Assembly (NCBI GenBank): GCA_963770895.1
Contig: CAVYRF010000001.1
Span: forward strand, 2,016,001 to 2,080,000
Origin: an uncultured Acidobacteriota bacterium
GTDB lineage: Bacteria; Acidobacteriota; Thermoanaerobaculia; Multivoradales; UBA5704
Reading direction: 5' to 3'
DNA: 64,000 nucleotides
This document shows, piece after piece, positions 1 to 8,779 of this stretch (position 1 is the stretch's first letter; the number at the start of each line of letters is the position of its first letter). Under the pieces are notes generated by a model. The model saw only the letters and a program-made list of their open reading frames with translations, did not search any database and was not told the DNA's origin. A program made the position numbers and the translations under genes.

Positions 1-1
1 C

Positions 2-3000
2 CTCCTGGCGAGCGTCCGCGAGGTCACGCTGGGGGCCTTCGCGCGCCAGGACCTGCCGTTCGAAAGGTTGGTCGAGGAGCTGCGGCCGGAGCGCGCGCGG
101 TCGCATTCGCCGCTGTTTCAGGTGATGTTCGCGCTGCAGGCCCCGACCGCGGCGCCGCCGCCCGCGGCGGGCGTCGCCTTGTCGCTCTTTGCCGAGCCGG
201 GGACGGGGTCCAAGTTCGACCTGACGCTGTCCCTGCGCGAGGTTGAAGCCGGCCTGACCGGCTGCCTGGAGCACCGCCGCGACCTGTTCGACCCGGCCAC
301 AGCCGAGCGCCTGCTGGCGGCGTTCGGCAGCCTGCTCACGGCGGTGGCGCACGACGCCGGGAAGCCGCTGTTCGACCTGCCGCTGCTGGCCGACGCGCAG
401 CGCCACCAGCTGGTCGCGGAGTGGGGCGCCGGCGCCGTCACGCCGCCGCCCGCCGCCGCCAGCCTGCACCACCGGTTCACCGACCAGGCGCGCCGCACGC
501 CGCAGGCGGTGGCGGTGGTCCACGGCGGCGAGCACCTCACCTTCGGCGAGCTCGATCGCAGCGCCGACCGCCTGGCCCGGGAGCTGCGCCGCCTGGGCGT
601 CGGCGCCGGCGCCATCGCCGGCATCTGCGCCCAACGGTCGCCGGCGATGATCGTCGCGCTGCTCGCGGTCCTCAAGGCCGGCGGCGCCTATCTGCCGCTC
701 GATCCGGGGTACCCGCCCGAGCGCCTGGCCTTCATGGCCGCCGACGCCGGCATCGCGGTGCTGCTGCACGACGCCGCCGCGGCGCCCGGCGGGCGCCTGG
801 GCGGCCTCGCCCCTGGGGCCGCGCGGTTCGATCTCGCGGGTCTCCCCGAGCTTCGGCAGCTCCAGGATCTCCGGGGCCTCCCGCAACCCGACGCGCCGGC
901 GCCGGCGGACGACGACGGCGGCGGCGCGGCGAGCGCCGCCTACGTCATCTACACCTCGGGCTCGACCGGCACGCCCAAGGGCGTGGTGGTGTCGCACGGC
1001 GCGATCTGCAACCACATGGCGTGGACCCTGCGCATCCTGGCGCCGGATGCGCGGGACGCCGTGCTGCAGCGCACCACCGCCAGCTTTGACGCCTCGGTGT
1101 GGGAGATCTTCCTGCCGCTGTGGAGCGGCGCGCGGCTGGTGCTCCTCGACGCTGCCGCGCAGGGCGACGCCGACCGCATGCTGCAAGCGATCGCCGTCCA
1201 CGGCGTCACCATCCTGCAGACCGTGCCGTCGCTGCTCGCCCTGCTCTGCGACCGGCCGCGCCTCCAGGAGCACTGCCGGTCGCTGCGCCGGGTGATCTGC
1301 GGCGGCGAAACGCTCACCACAGACATCGCCAGCCGCTTCGAGCGCCAGCTGGGCGCGCCGCACGGCCCCCGGCTGCTCAACTTCTACGGCCCGACCGAGG
1401 CGGCGGTCGACGCCTCCTGGTGGCCCTGCCAGCCCGGCGACGCGAGCGAGCGCGGCATGCCCATCGGACGGCCGATCGACAACCTCGACGTCGCGGTGCT
1501 CGACGCCACCGGGCGGATGGCGCCGATCGGCGCCATCGGCGAGCTGCACCTGGGCGGCGCCGGCCTGGCGCGCGGCTACCTGGCGCGCCCCGAGCTCACC
1601 GCGGCGCGCTTCGTCCCCGATCCGCGCCAGCGCCGCGCCGGCGGCCGCCTCTATCGTACCGGCGACCTGGCCCGCTTCCGCGCCGGCGGCCAGCTGGAGT
1701 ATTGCGGCCGCACCGATCACCAGGTGAAGGTGCGCGGCTTCCGCATCGAAACGGGTGAGATCGAGGCGGCCCTGCTGGCGCTGCCGGGCGTCGAGCAGGC
1801 GGCGGTGGCGGTCGTCGCGGCGGCGACGGGCGATCGCCGCCTGGTCGCCTACGTCGCGGCGCCGCCGGACGCCGCGCCGCCGGACCCCGCGGCGTTGCGC
1901 GCCGAGCTGCGCCGCCGGCTGCCCGAGTTCATGGTGCCGGCGGCCTGGGTCACCCTGCCGCGGCTGCCGCGCACCGCACAAGGCAAGCTCGACCGCCAGG
2001 CCCTGGCGCGGATCGCGCCGCGGCCGGGCGCGGTGCTGTCGGGATCGCCAGCGTCGGGAGAGCCGCTGGAGCCGTGGGCGCCGGGCGGCGCGCTGCCGCG
2101 CAGCCCCGGCGAGGAGCTGATCGCCGGCGTGTGGCAGGAGGTGCTGAGCCTGGGCGACGCGCGTCCCGGCCCCGGCGACAACTTCTTCGAGCTGGGCGGC
2201 CACTCGCTGCTCGCCACGCAGGTGGTGTCGCGGCTCGCCGCGATGCTGCACGTCGACCTGCCGGTGGCGACGGTGTTCGAGTCGCCGACCCTGGCGGCCT
2301 TCGCCGCGGCGGTCGAAACGGCGCGCGGCGCGCGGCCGCGGCCGGCGATCCCGCGCGCGCCGCGCCGGGCGCCGCTGCCGCTCTCCTACGCGCAGGAGCG
2401 GCTGTGGTTCCTCGACCGCTTGCAGCCGGGCCAGGCCACCTACAACATGCCGGTCGCCTTCGCCGCCCGCGGCCACCTGGCGCCCGCCATCCTGGATGCC
2501 GCGCTGGGAGAGGTGCTGCGGCGCCACGAAGCGCTGCGCACCCGCTTCGTCGAGTTGGGCGACCGGCCCATGCAGCACTTCGACCCACCGCGGCCGCCGC
2601 GCCTGCCGCTGGTCGACCTGGCCGCGCTGCCCGGCGGGCGGCGGGCCGCCGAGGGCTTGCGCATCGCCCGCGCCGAGGCCGGCCGCCCCTTCGACCTGGC
2701 CGCCGGACCGCTGCTTCGCGGCCTGCTGGTGCGCCGCGGCGGCCCGGCGGAGCCCGCCGCCGCGGAGCACGTGGTGCTGCTCAACGTGCACCACATCGTC
2801 TCCGACGGCTGGTCGATGGGGGTGCTGGTGGCGGAGATCGGCGCCCTCTACCGGGCGGCGATCGCCGGCGCGCCCAGCCCGCTGCCGGAGCTGCCGGTGC
2901 AGTACGCCGACTTCGCGGTCTGGCAACGCGGCTGGCTGGACGAGGCGGAGCTGGGCCGCCAGCTGGCCTGGTGGCGCCAGCGCCTGACCGGCGCGCCGGC

Positions 3001-6000
3001 GGCGGTCGAGCTGCCCACCGACCGCCCGCGGCCGATGGCGCAGAGCGGCCGCGGCGGCCTGGCGCGGCTGCACCTGGGAGCGGCGGCGACGGCGGCGCTG
3101 GCGGCGGCCGGGCGCCGGCGCGGCGTCACCCTCTTCATGGCGCTCTTCGCCGGCTGCGCCGCCCTGCTGGCCCGCCTGGGCCGGCAGGAAGACCTGGTGG
3201 TGGGGACGCCGATCGCCAACCGCCACCACCTCGAAACCGAGCGCATGATCGGCTTCTTCGTCAACAGCCTGGCGCTGCGCTGCAACCTGGGCGGCGACCC
3301 GACGACCGCAGAGCTGTTCGGGCGCGTGCGGGAGACGGCGCTGGCCGCCTACGCGCACCAGGACCTGCCGTTCGAACGCCTGGTGGCGGAGCTGCGGCCC
3401 GAGCGGCTGCTCAGCCAGAACCCGATCTTCCAGGTGATGTGCGCCCTGCAGAACGCCCCCCTGGGGGCGCTCGACCTGCCCGGTCTGGACCTGGCGCCGC
3501 TGGCGCTCTCGGCCCCCACCGCCAAGTTCGATCTGGCGCTGTCGTGGAGCGAGCAGCCGGACGCCGGCGGGGCGCTGGCGTGCGAGCTGCGCTATGCCGC
3601 CGACCTGTTCGACGCGCCGACCGCGGCCCGCCTGCTGGGTCACCTGCGCGAGCTGCTGGCCGGGCTCGCCGCGCAACCCGGCCGGCGCGTCGCGGAGCTG
3701 CCGCTGCTGGGCGCCGCCGAGCGCCATCAGGTGCTGTGCGAATGGAACGCCTCGACCTGGCAGACCGGCGGCGGCGACCCGACGCTGTTGCAGCTGGTGC
3801 ATGCGCCGTTCGAGCGTCAGGCGGCGCGGGAGCCGGCGGCCGAAGCGGTGGTGGACGGCGACAGGACGGTTTCCTACGGCGAGCTGGCGGCGCTGGCGCG
3901 GCGCGCGGCGGCGCGCCTGCGCGCCGCGGGAGTGGGGCCGGACCGGCCGGTGGCGCTGTGCGCCTGGCCCTCGATCGAGCTGGTGGCGGCGCTCTTCGGC
4001 ATCCTGCGGGCGGGCGGCGCCTACCTGCCGCTCGACCCGGCCCACCCGCGCGAGCGGCTGGCGCAGGTGCTCGCCGACTCGGGAGCGGCGGTGGTGGTGG
4101 CGGAACCGGCCACCATCGACCGCCTGCCGCCGGCGGTGCGGCCCATGCTGCTGGCGCAGCTCGTCGCCGATCCCGACCCGGCGGACGGCTCGGCACCGGC
4201 GCCGGCACCGGGCTCACCTCCGGCGCCGGCGTTGCCGGCGGCGCTGGAGGACGTCCAGCCGGACCATGCCGCCTACGTGCTCTACACCTCGGGCTCGACC
4301 GGCATGCCCAAGGGCGTCGTCGTGTCCCACCGCGCGGTGTGCAACCGCCTGCGCTTCCAGGTGGAGGCGGACCTGGCGCCGGGCGCCCGCGTGCTGCAGC
4401 GGACGCGCCTGGGCTTCGACGTGTCGGTGATCGAGCTGTTCGCGCCGCTGTGGGCCGGAGCGGTGCTGGTGGTGGCGCCGCCGGCGCAGGCGCAGGACGC
4501 CGCCAGCCTGGCGCGCCTGGTCGTGGCGCAGCGCATCACCAACCTGACGGCGCCGCCGGGGCTCTTTCCGGCGCTCCTGGCGGAACCGGCGTTCTGCCGC
4601 TCCGGCTCGTTGCGCCGCCTGGTGACGGGCGGCGACAGGGTGCCTGCCGACCTGGCGCGGCGCCTTGCCGACGCCTTCGACGCGGCGCCGGTGCCGCCGC
4701 AGCTGTGGTCGCGCTACGGCCCGACCGAAGCCACCGTCTCGGTGAGCGAATGGGACTGCCGCCTGCCGGCCTCCGGCCCCACGGTGCCGCTCGGCCGGCC
4801 GCTCGCCGGCGCCCGCCTGTACGTGGTGGACCGCGCCCTCCAGCCGGTGCCGCCGGGAGTGCCGGGCGAGCTGTGCATCGCCGGCGTCTGCCTGGCGCGC
4901 GGCTATCACGGCCGCCCGGACCTCACCGCGGCGGCGTTCGTGCCCGACCCGCACGGCGCCGGCCCGAGGGCAGGCGGCAGGCTCTATCGCACCGGCGACC
5001 TGGTGCGCCGGCGCTCCGACGGGGTGGTGGAGTTCCTGGGCCGCCTCGACTGGCAGGTCAAGGTGCGCGGCTTCCGCATCGAAACCGGAGAGATCGAAAG
5101 CGTGCTCGCCGGCCATCCGGCGGTGCGCCAGGTGGTCGTGGTCGCCGTGGCGGAGGGCGGCGCCGCCGCCGACGCGGACGGGGCGCAGCAGCAGCTGGTC
5201 GCCTACGTCGTGCCTCGCGCTCAGGATGCCGGCGCTGGGGGGGAGCGCACGTTGCCATCCGCCGTCGCCGCCGTCACCGCCGTCACCGCGGACGAGCACG
5301 TCGCCGCCTGGAACGCGCTCTACGAAGAGGTGCATCCGCACCAGGAGACGGGCGATCCCGCGCTCGACTTCGCGGGCTGGAACAGCAGCTACGACGGCGC
5401 CCCCATCCCGGTCGCGGAGATGCGGGAGTGGGCCGACGCCGCGGCCCGGCTGGTGCTGTCGCTGGCGCCGCGGCGGCCCAGGGTGGTGGAGGTGGGCTGC
5501 GGCGCCGGCCTGCTGCTGCTGCGCGTGGCGCCGCACTGCGCCAGCTACCAGGGGGTCGACTTCTCGCGCTCGACGCTCGCCGTCCTGGCGGGCCGCCTGG
5601 CGCGGCCGGGCCACGAGCTGCCGCAGGTGACCCTGACCCACGCGCCGGCCGACCGCTGGCAGCCGCACGCGGAGGCGGGCGGCGGCGCTCGCCATGCGGA
5701 CCTGGTGATCCTCAACTCGGTCGTGCAGTACTTCCCGAGCGTCGACTACCTGCTCCAGGTGCTCCGCCATGCCGCCGCCGTCGTCGTGCCGGGCGGCAGG
5801 ATCTTCCTGGGCGACGTGCGCAGCCTCGACCTGGCCGAAGCGCTCTACACCTCGATCGAGCTCGCCGCGGCGCCCGACGACCTGGCGGTGGAGGAGCTGC
5901 GCCGGCGCGTTCTGGCGCGGCGCGACGACGACGAGGAGCTGCTGCTGGCGCCGCGCTTCTGGCACGCCCTGCGCCGCCACCTGCCGGCCGTGTCGCACGT

Positions 6001-7954
6001 CGATCTGCGGGTCAAGCGGGGGCGCGCGATCAACGAGCTGAGCGGCTACCGCTACGATGTGGTGCTGACGCTGGGGGGCCAGGTCGCCGCTGCTGGGCTG
6101 CCCCCCGAGCTCCTGGTGTTCGATGCCACCGCCGCGGCGTTCAACCTGGAGGTGGTCGGCGAACGCCTGGCCGCCGCCGCAGGTGCGCCCGCGGCCGACG
6201 CCGCGACGGCCGTGGTCGAGATCCAGGGCCTCCTCGACCGGCGCCTGGCGGCCGAGGCCGCGGCCATCGCCCTGCTGGCCCAGCCCGAGTCGGAACCGTG
6301 GACCGTGGGCGAGCTGCGCCGGGCGCTCGCGGCGCGGCTGGCGCGCGAACCGGGCGTGTCCGGCGAAGACGTCTGGCAGCTGGGCGCCAGCCTGGGCTAC
6401 CAGGTCGAGCTGCTGGCGGGCGGCGCCGACAGCGCGGGAGGCTTCCGCTTCACGGCGCGGCTGCGGCGTCCGGGTCAGGCCGCTGCCGCGGCGGCGCCGC
6501 CCGCCATCGCGGCGAGCGCCGCCATCGCCGCGAGCGGCACCAGCGCCGCCAGCGGTGTGAGCGGCGCCACCGCCGCGGTGGAGCAGGAGCCGGGCGCCCT
6601 GGCCGCCCTGGCCAGCAATCCGCTGCGCGGCAGGCTCAACCGCGAGCTGGCGGCCGAGCTGCGGCGCCGCGTTGCGGCGCAGCTGCCGGACTACATGGTG
6701 CCCGCCGCCTTCGTGATGTTGGAGCGGCTGCCGATGACGGCGCACGGCAAGCTCGATCGCGCCGCCCTGCCGGCCCCCAAAGCGACGCGCCAGGCGGTGT
6801 CGCAGCGCTACAGCGAGCCGCGCACGCCGCTCGAAAAGAGCCTGGCGGAGCTGTGGGGGGAGCTGCTGGGACGCGAACGGATCGGTCGGGAGGACAGCTT
6901 CTTCGAGCTCGGCGGCCACTCGCTGCTGGCCGTCCGCCTGATGGCACGGCTGCGCCAGCGCTTCGGCCGCGAGCTGCCGGTCGCGGCCCTCTTCCGCGCC
7001 GATACGGTCGAGCGCCTGGCGGCGCTGCTGTCCAGCGGGCGCGGCGCCGCCGTCACCAGGGCGCTGGTCGAGCTGACGCCGCCGCCCGCGGCCGGCCCCG
7101 CCGGCCCCGGCAGCGCCGGCCGGGTGCCGCCGCGGCCCTTGTTTTGCGTCCACCCGGCCGGTGGCAACGTCCTGTGCTACACCGCGCTGGCGCGCGCGCT
7201 CGGATCGCGCCAGCCGCTCTACGGTTTGCAGCTGCCGGACGCCGAAACGCTCGGGCCCGACCCCACGATCGAGGCCCTGGCAGCGCGCTACGTGACGGAG
7301 CTGACCGCGGTCGCTCCCGCCGGCCCCTACGCCCTGGGCGGCTGGTCGCTCGGCGGGGTGATCGCCTACGAGATGGCGCGGCAGCTGCGCGCGGCCGGCG
7401 CCCAGGTGGATCTGCTCGCCCTCATCGACCCGTCGCCCGTGCGGCGCAACGGCGCCGCCCCCGCCCAGGCCGAGGATTCGCGCCTGCTGGCCGACTTCGG
7501 CTACGACCTGGTGGCGCTCGCCGGCAACGGCAGCGCGGTGCCGGCCGCAACCCTGCAGCGGCTCGACCGCGAGCTGACGCTGCCGCGGCTGGTGGCGGCC
7601 GCCCACGCCGCCGGTCTCCTGCCGCCCGAGCTGGAGGTGCCTGAAGTGGAGCGTCTGTTCGCTCTCTATCGCACCACCCGTCGGGCGCTGGACCGCTACC
7701 GGCCGCGGCCCACCGCCGGTCCGCTGACCCTGCTGCTGGCCGGCCACCCACTGCCGGCGCCGCCGCTGCCGGCCGGCCTGGCACGCCGCAACGGCAGCAC
7801 GTCGCCCCCCGTGCCGTTCTGGGCAGCCGTCGGCGGCGCCGGCACCGAGATCGAATCCCTGCCCGGCGACCACTATTCGATCGTGCGGCCGCCTGCCGTC
7901 GCCATCCTCGCCCGCAAGCTCCGGCGACGCCTTGCTGCCATATCGCTAACTTAG
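2..7954 (+). CDS. Non-ribosomal peptide synthetase, 5'-truncated by window edge: end of C, A-T, C-A(inserted N-methyltransferase)-T-TE
   Basis: A-domain motifs YVIYTSGSTGTPKG/YVLYTSGSTGMPKG, YGPTE, LYRTGDL twice; PCP FFELGGHSLLA twice; C-domain HHIVSDGWS; MT motifs VVEVGCGAG, LNSVVQYFPS, GGRIFLGDVR; TE GWSLGG and GDHYS. Frame open from base 2. Confidence 0.97.
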   Translation, partial: LLASVREVTLGAFARQDLPFERLVEELRPERARSHSPLFQVMFALQAPTAAPPPAAGVALSLFAEPGTGSKFDLTLSLREVEAGLTGCLEHRRDLFDPATAERLLAAFGSLLTAVAHDAGKPLFDLPLLADAQRHQLVAEWGAGAVTPPPAAASLHHRFTDQARRTPQAVAVVHGGEHLTFGELDRSADRLARELRRLGVGAGAIAGICAQRSPAMIVALLAVLKAGGAYLPLDPGYPPERLAFMAADAGIAVLLHDAAAAPGGRLGGLAPGAARFDLAGLPELRQLQDLRGLPQPDAPAPADDDGGGAASAAYVIYTSGSTGTPKGVVVSHGAICNHMAWTLRILAPDARDAVLQRTTASFDASVWEIFLPLWSGARLVLLDAAAQGDADRMLQAIAVHGVTILQTVPSLLALLCDRPRLQEHCRSLRRVICGGETLTTDIASRFERQLGAPHGPRLLNFYGPTEAAVDASWWPCQPGDASERGMPIGRPIDNLDVAVLDATGRMAPIGAIGELHLGGAGLARGYLARPELTAARFVPDPRQRRAGGRLYRTGDLARFRAGGQLEYCGRTDHQVKVRGFRIETGEIEAALLALPGVEQAAVAVVAAATGDRRLVAYVAAPPDAAPPDPAALRAELRRRLPEFMVPAAWVTLPRLPRTAQGKLDRQALARIAPRPGAVLSGSPASGEPLEPWAPGGALPRSPGEELIAGVWQEVLSLGDARPGPGDNFFELGGHSLLATQVVSRLAAMLHVDLPVATVFESPTLAAFAAAVETARGARPRPAIPRAPRRAPLPLSYAQERLWFLDRLQPGQATYNMPVAFAARGHLAPAILDAALGEVLRRHEALRTRFVELGDRPMQHFDPPRPPRLPLVDLAALPGGRRAAEGLRIARAEAGRPFDLAAGPLLRGLLVRRGGPAEPAAAEHVVLLNVHHIVSDGWSMGVLVAEIGALYRAAIAGAPSPLPELPVQYADFAVWQRGWLDEAELGRQLAWWRQRLTGAPAAVELPTDRPRPMAQSGRGGLARLHLGAAATAALAAAGRRRGVTLFMALFAGCAALLARLGRQEDLVVGTPIANRHHLETERMIGFFVNSLALRCNLGGDPTTAELFGRVRETALAAYAHQDLPFERLVAELRPERLLSQNPIFQVMCALQNAPLGALDLPGLDLAPLALSAPTAKFDLALSWSEQPDAGGALACELRYAADLFDAPTAARLLGHLRELLAGLAAQPGRRVAELPLLGAAERHQVLCEWNASTWQTGGGDPTLLQLVHAPFERQAAREPAAEAVVDGDRTVSYGELAALARRAAARLRAAGVGPDRPVALCAWPSIELVAALFGILRAGGAYLPLDPAHPRERLAQVLADSGAAVVVAEPATIDRLPPAVRPMLLAQLVADPDPADGSAPAPAPGSPPAPALPAALEDVQPDHAAYVLYTSGSTGMPKGVVVSHRAVCNRLRFQVEADLAPGARVLQRTRLGFDVSVIELFAPLWAGAVLVVAPPAQAQDAASLARLVVAQRITNLTAPPGLFPALLAEPAFCRSGSLRRLVTGGDRVPADLARRLADAFDAAPVPPQLWSRYGPTEATVSVSEWDCRLPASGPTVPLGRPLAGARLYVVDRALQPVPPGVPGELCIAGVCLARGYHGRPDLTAAAFVPDPHGAGPRAGGRLYRTGDLVRRRSDGVVEFLGRLDWQVKVRGFRIETGEIESVLAGHPAVRQVVVVAVAEGGAAADADGAQQQLVAYVVPRAQDAGAGGERTLPSAVAAVTAVTADEHVAAWNALYEEVHPHQETGDPALDFAGWNSSYDGAPIPVAEMREWADAAARLVLSLAPRRPRVVEVGCGAGLLLLRVAPHCASYQGVDFSRSTLAVLAGRLARPGHELPQVTLTHAPADRWQPHAEAGGGARHADLVILNSVVQYFPSVDYLLQVLRHAAAVVVPGGRIFLGDVRSLDLAEALYTSIELAAAPDDLAVEELRRRVLARRDDDEELLLAPRFWHALRRHLPAVSHVDLRVKRGRAINELSGYRYDVVLTLGGQVAAAGLPPELLVFDATAAAFNLEVVGERLAAAAGAPAADAATAVVEIQGLLDRRLAAEAAAIALLAQPESEPWTVGELRRALAARLAREPGVSGEDVWQLGASLGYQVELLAGGADSAGGFRFTARLRRPGQAAAAAAPPAIAASAAIAASGTSAASGVSGATAAVEQEPGALAALASNPLRGRLNRELAAELRRRVAAQLPDYMVPAAFVMLERLPMTAHGKLDRAALPAPKATRQAVSQRYSEPRTPLEKSLAELWGELLGRERIGREDSFFELGGHSLLAVRLMARLRQRFGRELPVAALFRADTVERLAALLSSGRGAAVTRALVELTPPPAAGPAGPGSAGRVPPRPLFCVHPAGGNVLCYTALARALGSRQPLYGLQLPDAETLGPDPTIEALAARYVTELTAVAPAGPYALGGWSLGGVIAYEMARQLRAAGAQVDLLALIDPSPVRRNGAAPAQAEDSRLLADFGYDLVALAGNGSAVPAATLQRLDRELTLPRLVAAAHAAGLLPPELEVPEVERLFALYRTTRRALDRYRPRPTAGPLTLLLAGHPLPAPPLPAGLARRNGSTSPPVPFWAAVGGAGTEIESLPGDHYSIVRPPAVAILARKLRRRLAAISLT

Positions 7955-7964
7955 TTATTTGCTA

Positions 7965-7993
7965 TTGACACGATTGTTCGCAATCTCTACGAT
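7965..7993 (+). promoter_or_regulatory. Sigma70-type promoter with a palindrome in the spacer
   Basis: TTGACA (7965-7970), 17-nt spacer, TACGAT (7988-7993); spacer contains inverted repeat GATTG-TTCG-CAATC (7972-7985); locally AT-rich. Confidence 0.75.
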
Positions 7994-8026
7994 ATCGGCG
8001 TGAGCGCTGATACCAGTGGAGGTGCT

Positions 8027-8779
8027 ATGAGCCCAAGCAGAGCACATGCAGGCATTCTTGCCGTACTCCTTGTCCTCACCCTGCCGGCCCTTCTGGCCGC
8101 GCAGACCATCCCCGCGGGAACCGATCTCTGGGCGACGCCGCGTGACGGCAATACCTCGTTCACGTTCCCCGCCGGCGACGTGGAGAGCTTGTGCGGCATG
8201 CCGCCCATCTCAAGCTGGAACCACACGGTCGCCCTGGGCGGCCCGGCCAACTCCGGCCCGGGGGGCGACACCGCGGTGGCGCGGCTCGACAACGCCACCT
8301 TCTCGGGCGGCAAGGCCACCACGCGTGTCCAGCTCGCCGCCCTGAACATGACCAACCTGGCGCCCCAGAACACGCCCTGCGGCCCCCTCAACTGGACGGT
8401 GGGGCTCTTCGGCAGTCAACCCATGACCATGATGACGATCACCCTGGGCAGCGGCTCCAGCGGCACCACGGGCAGCTCCACCGGCGGCACCTTCGCCGCC
8501 AACCTGCAGCTGAGCGCCAGGCTGGACGCCACCAACGCCGCTACCGGCTCGCCGGTCGGCAGCCTGTTCTACACGGTGACCCTGCCGGACCCGGGCGGCA
8601 CCGCCTGGTCGCTCAGCTCGACGGGCCAGTTCCGGGCCGGCATGGATTCCAGCAACAACTGCCTTGAAACGCTGCGCGGCGAACAGAACACGACCGGCGG
8701 ATCGGGTGAGCACGCCTACTGCATCGCCGATGCGATCTCGCAGGGCAACTGCAACCTGCCCTGCCTGACGCAGAATTGA
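8027..8779 (+). CDS. Secreted Ser/Thr/Gly-rich hypothetical protein with several Cys
   Basis: GGAGGT RBS before ATG 8027; signal peptide ending ...LPALLAA-Q; strong GC3 codon bias; Cys cluster at C-terminus. Confidence 0.85.
   Translation: MSPSRAHAGILAVLLVLTLPALLAAQTIPAGTDLWATPRDGNTSFTFPAGDVESLCGMPPISSWNHTVALGGPANSGPGGDTAVARLDNATFSGGKATTRVQLAALNMTNLAPQNTPCGPLNWTVGLFGSQPMTMMTITLGSGSSGTTGSSTGGTFAANLQLSARLDATNAATGSPVGSLFYTVTLPDPGGTAWSLSSTGQFRAGMDSSNNCLETLRGEQNTTGGSGEHAYCIADAISQGNCNLPCLTQN

Noticed and set aside
2074-7873. Very long alternative-frame and antisense ORFs over the NRPS (1856 aa, 1219 aa) and similar ones elsewhere (e.g. 54111-57287, 26955-29072)
   Set aside because: Shadow ORFs expected at very high GC with strong codon bias; Arg/Pro/Gly-rich, no motifs, and they overlap well-supported genes.
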